NCBI RefSeq assembly: GCF_000091665.1
Contig: NC_000909.1
Coordinates: 850,712 to 882,711 of the forward strand
Direction: 5' to 3'
Source: Methanocaldococcus jannaschii DSM 2661
GTDB taxonomy: Archaea > AGJL01 > Methanococci > Methanococcales > Methanocaldococcaceae
Length of the DNA stretch: 32,000 bases
Shown here: piece after piece, positions 24,588 to 32,000 of the stretch
How the letters are laid out: each line of letters starts with the position of its first letter
Numbering within the stretch: the stretch's first letter is position 1
The notes under the pieces: generated by a model
The model's input: the letters and a program-made list of their open reading frames with translations, nothing else
Told to the model about the DNA's origin: nothing
Databases searched by the model: none
Program-made: the position numbers and the translations under genes

Positions 24588-24950
24588 ATGCTTATTGGGA
24601 TACTAAGCAAAAAATATGTTAAAGAAATTTTGGAACTACTTAATGAAAAAGGAGAACTCCATTTTAGTCAAATTCATAAAGAAATTCCTACTCATATGAG
24701 CAGTTTAAACAGAACATTAAATGAATTGGTAAAATTGGGATTAATATCAAAAAGGAAAGAAGACAACAAACAGGCATTACCAAAAACATACTATAAATTA
24801 ACACCATTAGGAAAAAAGGCACTATTATTATATGAAGTAGAAAAAATTATTGAAAATTCAAAAAATAATCAAAATATCATCATTCAAATTATTAATGGAA
24901 AAAATCATAATATCATCAACGCAAAAATTGTTAATATTCATAATAAATGA
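24588..24950 (+). CDS. small winged-helix transcription regulator with an Asn/Ile-rich tail
   Basis: 120 aa. KKYVKEILELLNEKGELHFSQIHKEIPTHMSSLNRTLNELVKLGLISKR has a wHTH layout. It is divergent from the secreted-protein gene. Confidence 0.65.
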   Translation: MLIGILSKKYVKEILELLNEKGELHFSQIHKEIPTHMSSLNRTLNELVKLGLISKRKEDNKQALPKTYYKLTPLGKKALLLYEVEKIIENSKNNQNIIIQIINGKNHNIINAKIVNIHNK

Positions 24951-24971
24951 TTGAAAATCTTAATATAATTT

Positions 24972-25601
24972 TTATTCTATTGGCTCAACTCTAACGTTGT
25001 CATAGTATGCTCTACCCCCTCCAATTCCTATTCCACCTTTAAGTATTGGTGTATTATTGTCAGTGTATTCAATATATTTCTGCCCTCCTGCAAGGAAGAT
25101 TATCTTATTATCTTTTGCTACAACTTCATACCTATAAAAATCTGTGCCAGCAGGAGCGGCATCGTAAGATTCAGCCAATTTTTCAACCTTAGTTCCATTA
25201 AATTTGTAGAGAACATACCCCCTATCAAATCCTTCTATATCAATATAATATCCAGCATTTGCATTATTTATCAATCTGAAGTATATCTTTGGGCTATCTG
25301 ATTCTTCTAATCGCTTTATATCAACAATAAACTTAAAGTCAGTATAGTTTTTATCAATATATATTATTCCATTGTTTATTGGTACTGCAACTTTGTTTAG
25401 TGTTTTTTTATCTTCGCTTAATATGGCCTCAATCTTAAATCCCCCTTCTTTAACTTTCCATTCTCCAAACGGTGCTTTATCCCCCACATTATACGAAGAA
25501 AAATTATCATAAAAGGATTTTGGGACAATTTCAAAACAACCACACACTCCCAAATATACAATTGGGATAATCAAAATTACAGTAAGTTCTTTAAGATTCA
25601 T
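24972..25601 (-). CDS. secreted or lipid-anchored protein with a probable concanavalin-A/LamG-like (DUF1080-like) beta-sandwich
   Basis: Signal LTVILIIPIVYLGVCGC. GEWKVKEGGF...YTDFKFIVDIKR...GGIGIGGGRAYYDNVRV resembles the DUF1080 pattern (from memory). I place the start at the ATG at 25601 after AGGTGA; the track start at 25646 overlaps trm1. Confidence 0.6.
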   Translation of the reverse strand: MNLKELTVILIIPIVYLGVCGCFEIVPKSFYDNFSSYNVGDKAPFGEWKVKEGGFKIEAILSEDKKTLNKVAVPINNGIIYIDKNYTDFKFIVDIKRLEESDSPKIYFRLINNANAGYYIDIEGFDRGYVLYKFNGTKVEKLAESYDAAPAGTDFYRYEVVAKDNKIIFLAGGQKYIEYTDNNTPILKGGIGIGGGRAYYDNVRVEPIE

Positions 25602-25605
25602 AATT

Positions 25606-26730
25606 TCACCTAATCTTGGTACATTGATATATTGCCTCAATAACATTCTTTAATGTTGCATCAGTTTTTATTCCTTTCGGATTATAGTGAGTTACAACTG
25701 CATTAAATCCCATCTCTTTTAGCTTGTTTATAATATCTTGCATTGGTGGAACTGAAATCTTTAACATTTTCCCAATTTGGTGAGTGTCATAACATCCAAC
25801 TTGATTTATAGCAGATTCTCCTTTAATGGCATTTAAAATCTTTAAAACTCTTTCACTAAACTCCCTCTTTTCAGCTATTTTTAAAGCCTCTTCAACAAGA
25901 GCTTTATCATACAAATTGCCTATATATAAAGGCCCAGCAAATCCTTTCTCATAACCTTCTTCAAATTTTTTAATTATTTTAATTCCATTTACATCCTTAA
26001 CATAGCCAAGCATTTCAAAAACCTTATCAGCCCTCTTAGCTCCCCTATCCGTAACTAAATAAACTCTAACATAATGGTCTGTGGCATGGCAAAATACTGG
26101 CTTTAAAGCAAGCTCATATTTTGTAGCCATTCTCATAACATATCCAACTAAAACCCTCAATGCAAATTCATGACAATCCCTACCAAATAATGGATAAGCC
26201 AAGTATTTCCTTAAGCATGATTTTTTAGACCTACCACATAATGCCGCTGTATCTGTTGCTGTTAAACAGAGCAAACCATTTCTTGTTACTAAAGCCCTAA
26301 TTGCTTGCTCTACATAAGGAGCTGGAGAGCCAAACGGGTCTATATCAACAACATTAAAAAATCTAAAATGCTTAGATAAAAATGTGTTGGCATCTTCATT
26401 AAAAACATCTATATTCTCAATCTCATTTAATTTGGCATTGTTTATTATCTTCTCATAAGCTTTTGGATTTATATCATTTAAAAAAACCTTTAACTCTCCA
26501 TTAAACTCAAGCTCTTTAGCGTATCTAAGCCCCCTAATTCCACTTCCAGCCAAAGCATCAGCAATGTAAAACTTATCTCTCTTATGATACAAATTTAGAA
26601 ATGCCTGAATTACTGCTATACTTATATCCCTGCATGTTTTCATTCTTGGATTATAAAATACCTCATCCTTTTTTGTAACTGTCAATTTATCTGGAACTTC
26701 AAAAACTACTTCCCCCTCTTTTAGAATCAT
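25606..26730 (-). CDS. trm1: tRNA (guanine26-N2)-dimethyltransferase Trm1
   Basis: 374 aa. N-terminal FYNPRMKTCRDIS, the SAM-site ALAGSGIRGLRYA and DIDPFGSP motifs are typical of Trm1. Confidence 0.9.
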   Translation of the reverse strand: MILKEGEVVFEVPDKLTVTKKDEVFYNPRMKTCRDISIAVIQAFLNLYHKRDKFYIADALAGSGIRGLRYAKELEFNGELKVFLNDINPKAYEKIINNAKLNEIENIDVFNEDANTFLSKHFRFFNVVDIDPFGSPAPYVEQAIRALVTRNGLLCLTATDTAALCGRSKKSCLRKYLAYPLFGRDCHEFALRVLVGYVMRMATKYELALKPVFCHATDHYVRVYLVTDRGAKRADKVFEMLGYVKDVNGIKIIKKFEEGYEKGFAGPLYIGNLYDKALVEEALKIAEKREFSERVLKILNAIKGESAINQVGCYDTHQIGKMLKISVPPMQDIINKLKEMGFNAVVTHYNPKGIKTDATLKNVIEAIYQCTKIR

Positions 26731-26828
26731 ATTATCACACAGAATAATATTGTCTTAGTTTTATAAATTAAAAACAATTAAAAATAGAAATAAAAGTAAA
26801 AGTATTAAAGAAAACTAAAAAGAAATTT

Positions 26829-29800
26829 TTATTTATTTATTCTCTCAATAGCAATTTTAACGTTGTATTTCTCTCCATTTGGTGTTTTTATCTCCCAATC
26901 TTTTTCGTAATCTGCCTTTATCTCATCAACAAACTGACCTCTAACTTCCCTCTCAATAATCTCCTTAAATTCATCTAAGTCAATGCCCTCAACTTTAATT
27001 TTAATCTTCTCCTCAATATCTAAATCCATATCCTTCCTCATAGCTTGGATTCTTCTTATAACCTCTCTCATTAGCCCCTCTTTTATCAAATCATCAGTAA
27101 TCTCGGTATTTATAAAGACAGTTCCCTTTGAGAATTCAACTCCTGCTATATGTTCAGGAATTTCCAATCTAATTTCAACATATTCTGGCTTAATCTCATA
27201 TCCATCTAATATTACAGCTCCTTCTTTCAACCTCTCCATCAACTCCTTAGCATCTGCTTTATTTAATGCCTCAACAACCTTTGGAACCTCACTTCTATAT
27301 CTCTTACCTAACTCTCTGTAGTTTGGCTTTATTATATACTTGCTACCTTCAACCTCTCCAAATTTGATATTTTTAACATTACCTTGCTCTTTTATTATGT
27401 ATTCAAATCTCTCTACAGCTTTTTTAACCTCTTCTCCACCAGCAATAGTTATTTCTTTCAATGGGTATCTTAAGGTGTATTTTATCCTATCCCTTCCTCT
27501 GTAGATTGCATCAACGACATCTCTAACTATTGCCATATCTCTCTCTAACTCCTCATCAATAAACTCTTCATCAACCTCTATTTTATTCATGAAGATACTT
27601 TCTTCCATATCTTCTGTTTTTAGGTTTTGATATATTGCCTCAGCAGTATGTGGAGCTACTGGAGCCAATATTGTAGCTAACTTTAATAAGACATAGTAGA
27701 GTGTTTGATATGCTGCTAATTTATCAGCGTCATCCTTCTCTTTCCATGTTCTGTCTCTAATCAACCTAATATACCATCTACTTAAGTCATTTAATATGAA
27801 ATCCTTTAATGTCCAAGTGTATGTGTGGAAGTATGGGACTTCAAGATTTTCAATTGCTATCTTAGCAACACTGTTTATTCTGCTTACAATCCATCTATCC
27901 TCATCTTTTAAATATTCAAAGTATTTTTCATCTGGTTTAAAGTTATCTAACACCATGTAATTTACAGCAAACATATAGGCGTTCCATAAAGTGTTGAATA
28001 AGCTTAAAACATCATCCATCTCACTCCATACAAACCTTAAATCTTCCCAAACCTTATTTGCACTCAATAAATAAAACCTTAATAAATCAGCCCCATACTT
28101 TTCAACGACATCATCTGGATTAACTACATTACCCAAACTCTTACTCATCTTGTCTCCATGCTCATCTAAAGTGAAGCCATGCATTAAACACTTTTTGTAT
28201 GGAATATCGTTAAATACTATTGCTGAGAGTGCATGCTGTGAATAAAACCATTTAGTAACTTGGTCATGTCCCTCTGTTATAAAGTCTGCTTTTTTAAGCT
28301 CTTTTACTCCAATTGAAGCATAAGGAGCTAAACCAGAGTCAAACCAAACATCTAAGACATCTGGAACTCTTTTCATTTCTCCTCCACATTCACATCTCAG
28401 CTTTATTTTATCAACTGTTGGTTTGTGTAAATCATTAATCTCTCCAACTTCATCTTTATTTATCATCTTCTCTTCTAATTCTTCAACACTTCCTACAACA
28501 ATGTATTTTCCACACTTCTCACACACCCATACTGGAATAGGGATTCCCCAGTATCTCTGCCTACTTATATTCCAGTCTCCAACGAACTTAACTCCATTTA
28601 TATATCTTGTTTCAACCCAGTGTGGTATCCACTGAACTGTTTTAGCATGCTCTATAATGTTATCTTTAATCTTTGATATCTCTAAGAACCACTGCTCTGT
28701 AGCTCTAAATAATAGAGGAGTTTTACATCTCCAACAGTGTGGATAGCTGTGTTTTATCTTTCCAGCATAAACTAACAATCCTTTGTTTTTTAGGGTTTCA
28801 ATTATTTCAGCATCCGCATCTTTAACAAAAACGCCCTTCCATTTTCCTTCTACATATTTACCTTCATCGTCTATTGGTGAATAGATTGGCAAATTGTATT
28901 TTTTACCAACTTCAAAGTCCTCTTCCCCGTGTCCTGGGGCAGTATGAACCAACCCAGTTCCTCCCTCTAAGGTTACATGCTCTCCTAAAATAACTGTATG
29001 AGCATTTTCTAATTCTGCAAATTCTTTCTGTCTCTCATTCTCTTCTAATAATGGATGAATATATTTTATACCTTCCAATTCTTTTCCTTTAACTTTTTTG
29101 ATTATTTTGTAGTTTTTGATGTTATGGAATTTTTTAGCTTTGTTTATAACTTCCTCAACTAACTTTTCAGCAATAATCCAAACCTCTTTTTTGTCATCAA
29201 ATTCAACTTCTACATATGCATAGTCATAATCTGGATGGACAGTAACAGCCAAGTTAGCAACTAAAGTCCATGGTGTTGTTGTCCAAATAACAATGTATGT
29301 GTTTTCTTCATTTGCTAATCTGAATTTTACATAAACGGATGGGTCATAAACTTCCTTATACTCTCCTCTAACCTCATGCTCCGCTAAGGCAGTTTCACAT
29401 CTTGGACACCAATAGACAACCCTTAAATCTCTTGTTAATAATCCCTTCTCATGAGCAACCTTTAATGTCCACCATCCAATTTCCATATATTCCTTAGTTA
29501 TTGGCATATAGGCGTTTTCCCAATCTAACCAAACTCCTAAGTTTTTAAATTGCTTTTCCATAATTTCCTTATGTTTTAAAGCGAATTCTTTACACTTTTC
29601 TATAAATTGCTTTACTCCAATTTTTGTTTCTATCTCTTTCTTGTTCTTTATTCCAAATTCATTTTCAACTTTAACTTCTATTGGCAATCCATGCATGTCC
29701 CATCCAGCTTTATCCAAAACATTATAACCTTGCATTCTCTTAAATCTTAGATAAGTGTCTTTAATTATCTTATTCCATGCAGTCCCTAAGTGTATAGCTC

Positions 29801-29948
29801 CAGAACAGTATGGAGGACCATCAACAAAATAAAATTCCTTATTTCTTTCATTCTTTTTCTTTACTTTTTGATATATGTCATTCTCTTCCCAGAACTTTTT
29901 TATCTTCTTATCCAACTCTCTAAAATTAACAGGCTCTACTTTTTTCAT
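26829..29948 (-). CDS. ileS: isoleucyl-tRNA synthetase
   Basis: 1039 aa. HIGH-type PYCSGAIHLGTAWNK, KMSKS (KMSKSLGN), a CP1 editing insert, and Zn-binding CPRC and CWRC motifs. GAGGTGA RBS. Confidence 0.97.
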   Translation of the reverse strand: MKKVEPVNFRELDKKIKKFWEENDIYQKVKKKNERNKEFYFVDGPPYCSGAIHLGTAWNKIIKDTYLRFKRMQGYNVLDKAGWDMHGLPIEVKVENEFGIKNKKEIETKIGVKQFIEKCKEFALKHKEIMEKQFKNLGVWLDWENAYMPITKEYMEIGWWTLKVAHEKGLLTRDLRVVYWCPRCETALAEHEVRGEYKEVYDPSVYVKFRLANEENTYIVIWTTTPWTLVANLAVTVHPDYDYAYVEVEFDDKKEVWIIAEKLVEEVINKAKKFHNIKNYKIIKKVKGKELEGIKYIHPLLEENERQKEFAELENAHTVILGEHVTLEGGTGLVHTAPGHGEEDFEVGKKYNLPIYSPIDDEGKYVEGKWKGVFVKDADAEIIETLKNKGLLVYAGKIKHSYPHCWRCKTPLLFRATEQWFLEISKIKDNIIEHAKTVQWIPHWVETRYINGVKFVGDWNISRQRYWGIPIPVWVCEKCGKYIVVGSVEELEEKMINKDEVGEINDLHKPTVDKIKLRCECGGEMKRVPDVLDVWFDSGLAPYASIGVKELKKADFITEGHDQVTKWFYSQHALSAIVFNDIPYKKCLMHGFTLDEHGDKMSKSLGNVVNPDDVVEKYGADLLRFYLLSANKVWEDLRFVWSEMDDVLSLFNTLWNAYMFAVNYMVLDNFKPDEKYFEYLKDEDRWIVSRINSVAKIAIENLEVPYFHTYTWTLKDFILNDLSRWYIRLIRDRTWKEKDDADKLAAYQTLYYVLLKLATILAPVAPHTAEAIYQNLKTEDMEESIFMNKIEVDEEFIDEELERDMAIVRDVVDAIYRGRDRIKYTLRYPLKEITIAGGEEVKKAVERFEYIIKEQGNVKNIKFGEVEGSKYIIKPNYRELGKRYRSEVPKVVEALNKADAKELMERLKEGAVILDGYEIKPEYVEIRLEIPEHIAGVEFSKGTVFINTEITDDLIKEGLMREVIRRIQAMRKDMDLDIEEKIKIKVEGIDLDEFKEIIEREVRGQFVDEIKADYEKDWEIKTPNGEKYNVKIAIERINK

Positions 29949-29952
29949 CCAC

Positions 29953-30519
29953 TCACCTCATGTTTGAGATTATATCTGAAACTATCTCATCCAAATTGCT
30001 TTTAAATTCTTTTAATCGACTAATTCTTGAAATTATCTTACTCAAATATTTATTTTGAAGGTTTGGGTCTTCTTTTGTTTCCTTAGGATAGTCATCTGGT
30101 AGATTCTGAATTTTCTTTAAAATATTTTTATCATCAATATTGGCAAGTTTATATAACTCCATGCACGTCTTTTTTATACTTAAGCCATTTTCAACCACAA
30201 TATTTAATAACTCCTCATATGGAATTTTCTCTTCTATTATTTTCCAATAATCTTCAAATATGTTACTTTCTATAATATATTCAACCACTTCTAATATTTT
30301 TATGCTTAAATCTAATTTTAAAACTTCAGATGTTAGATGACTTTCTTCCTCTTCCAATTGAGCAATAGTATCTAAATCATCTGGATTGCTCGTCCTTAAT
30401 TCGTTTAATTTTACTCTTATGTTATTTAAATCTCTAAGTTTTGCCTCCCCCTTCTCAATCATTTCTCCTTTTTTGTCTTTTATTTCCACTAATGTTGGAT
30501 ATTCTGTGCTATTTTTCAT
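29953..30519 (-). CDS. hypothetical acidic, predicted coiled-coil protein
   Basis: ORF of 188 aa from the ATG at 30519 (AGGTGA 5 nt upstream). It ends 4 nt before the ileS start. No recognisable motifs. Confidence 0.6.
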   Translation of the reverse strand: MKNSTEYPTLVEIKDKKGEMIEKGEAKLRDLNNIRVKLNELRTSNPDDLDTIAQLEEEESHLTSEVLKLDLSIKILEVVEYIIESNIFEDYWKIIEEKIPYEELLNIVVENGLSIKKTCMELYKLANIDDKNILKKIQNLPDDYPKETKEDPNLQNKYLSKIISRISRLKEFKSNLDEIVSDIISNMR

Positions 30520-30553
30520 AAAAATCACCTAATACTAATGAAAATTAACCAAT

Positions 30554-30925
30554 TTACTTCTTTTTCTTCTTATCTTTTTTCTTAGATTTGTAATAGCCCT
30601 TTAACACTGGAAGTTTTGGGAAGTCGTCCAATAACTTATAATATATGTCACCATATCTCTCACTAATCACAACAATATGAGCAGGTGGATGAATTTTTCT
30701 AATTCTATCTATTGCTTTTGGTGCTTTTTCAGCAATCTTTGCTAAGCATGCAGTTTTACATGGTTTTTTAACTTCCCCCAATATATGACTTAATATTTCA
30801 TCTGCAGCTTCTGGAACAATAATTTTTGGCTTTCCAATAATTGTTAGCTCTGCATGCCTATCAACATCAGCTAAGGCATTCTTTAATTTTTCATAACTAT
30901 CTCCTCTGATTAGCAATATCGTCAT
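30554..30925 (-). CDS. hypothetical 123-aa protein with a poly-Lys C-terminal tail
   Basis: AGGGA RBS. Ends YYKSKKKDKKKKK. No recognised family. Confidence 0.6.
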   Translation of the reverse strand: MTILLIRGDSYEKLKNALADVDRHAELTIIGKPKIIVPEAADEILSHILGEVKKPCKTACLAKIAEKAPKAIDRIRKIHPPAHIVVISERYGDIYYKLLDDFPKLPVLKGYYKSKKKDKKKKK

Positions 30926-30968
30926 AACTATCCCTAAACGTGTTTTTTAATATTAATTTTAAATTTTC

Positions 30969-31658
30969 TTAGTATTTTATCCTCAAATGTCTATCATTAT
31001 GTTTCAAATATTCCTCAAGCATAAATGGAAAATCAGAAGCATCAACAAATCTCAAGCCCAGCCTCTGAGCCCATTTTTCAATGCCTCCATCACTTGCCAC
31101 TACCGCAGCATCTAACTCCTTGGCTAACAATAACACATCTAAATCAGGGGCACTATCTAAAGTTCCCACTCTCAAAGCACTTCTATATTTATTTCTAAAG
31201 GTATTTATTGTTTTTGATAACACTTTATTTATGATTTCATTTTTACCCATTTCTGGATGTTTTTTTGATAACTCATAAACCATGTCTGTGGCTTTTATTA
31301 TATGCTCCTCTCCAATCCTCATCCCTTTGTTAATTCTTTCTCTCAAATCTTTAACATATTCATAAAAAATCTCTGAAGGGATTTTTATCTCATATCTGTT
31401 TGGGGTTTTTTTAACAAGCCATGTATCAACTTTAACTATAACATCTCTCGGACAATTCTCATTCTCCAAAAATCCCATCAATTCATTATATACAGTTGGA
31501 TATGGAATGTGACAAGATATATTTAACTTTATCCTTGCCTCAGCTATCAAATCCATAACCTTATCTGTTAGTTCAGTAACTGTTTTAACCCCTAACGCTT
31601 TCCTAACTGACGGTTCAGTAAAAGCACTTGTGTCTAAGCAGAATCTCTGTTTTTGCAT
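30969..31658 (-). CDS. PIN-like HARP (homolog of Aquifex protein-only RNase P; former UPF0278)
   Basis: FCLDTSAFTEP near the N-terminus, INKGMRIGEEH, and GTLDSAPDLDVLLLAKELDAAVVASDGGIEKWAQRLG match my memory of the Aq_880/HARP pattern. The start is ambiguous (TTG at 31670 or ATG at 31658). Confidence 0.65.
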   Translation of the reverse strand: MQKQRFCLDTSAFTEPSVRKALGVKTVTELTDKVMDLIAEARIKLNISCHIPYPTVYNELMGFLENENCPRDVIVKVDTWLVKKTPNRYEIKIPSEIFYEYVKDLRERINKGMRIGEEHIIKATDMVYELSKKHPEMGKNEIINKVLSKTINTFRNKYRSALRVGTLDSAPDLDVLLLAKELDAAVVASDGGIEKWAQRLGLRFVDASDFPFMLEEYLKHNDRHLRIKY

Positions 31659-31854
31659 ACCTCTCCCCAAAATTTAGTTTCTATTGAAATTTATATCTAA
31701 AAAGTTTCGCTTTCTATTAAATGAAAATTATAGGATTTCATATTCAAAGCATTAAGATTTATAAGCAACTATATATCGTTATTTACCTATTTATATACTA
31801 AGAGACATTAAGGGACTGAAAGTCCATTTAATGCATCGTTTTGATGAAACTTTC

Positions 31855-32000
31855 TTAAAGTTTCACTGCAAGTATTTTTATCTTTGCAGGATAGTTATTT
31901 ATATATTTTGATAAAGTTTCATTTGGAATCCTTGCCTCTAATTTAGATAAAATCCTCTCCCTAAAATGCCTTGAAAATCCATAAGGTAGAGAGTTTTTTA
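31855..32000 (-). CDS. 3' end of an unidentified gene running off the window end
   Basis: Own translation of the minus strand: ...[46 protein letters not shown], stop at 31855-31857. The stop is embedded in the hairpin GAAACTTT-CTT-AAAGTTTC. Confidence 0.45.
   Translation of the reverse strand, partial: KNSLPYGFSRHFRERILSKLEARIPNETLSKYINNYPAKIKILAVKL

Noticed and set aside
26731-26828. Intergenic region between ileS and trm1 checked for a tRNA-sensing leader or attenuator
   Set aside because: It is AT-rich with no convincing hairpins or conserved boxes. T-box-type leaders are bacterial and none is visible here.

Overview
AT-rich (about 30% GC by eye), densely packed archaeal chromosome segment. 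It has GGTGA-type ribosome-binding sites, an archaeal histone gene, BRE/TATA promoters, and GC-rich islands that coincide with stable RNA genes. The tRNA-Tyr at 12945-13021 matches, from memory, the well-known Methanocaldococcus jannaschii tRNA-Tyr. The gene order also fits my recollection of the M. jannaschii MJ092x-MJ095x region: NIF3-like, HemK-like methyltransferase, purB, cbiC, thiI, histone, tRNA/5S cluster, polyferredoxin, YfcE-type phosphodiesterase, purD, TPR pair, XPD-like helicase, trm1, ileS. No search was run to confirm this. Most of the window is housekeeping. Seven places need a second look. (1) A GC-rich multi-hairpin element of about 160 nt lies between tRNA-Ile(GAU) and a duplicated copy of that tRNA's 3' end plus terminator; it is either an integration scar or a tRNA-tailed ncRNA. 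(2) An orphan 4-repeat CRISPR array has a variant repeat, a leader of about 430 bp, and no cas genes in the window. (3) A MITE-like element of about 220 bp has nested inverted-repeat arms, with a related fragment 16.7 kb away. (4) A wHTH-ParA cassette sits beside an 850-bp decaying region that contains a P-II-like pseudogene. (5) A YacP/Rae1-type NYN nuclease homolog is translationally coupled to a polyferredoxin. (6) A 20-nt inverted repeat sits in a divergent promoter controlled by a small wHTH protein. (7) An operon joins a TiaS-like-domain protein, a small GTPase and a SepF-like protein. All functional calls come from motif recognition in the supplied translations, not from database searches.
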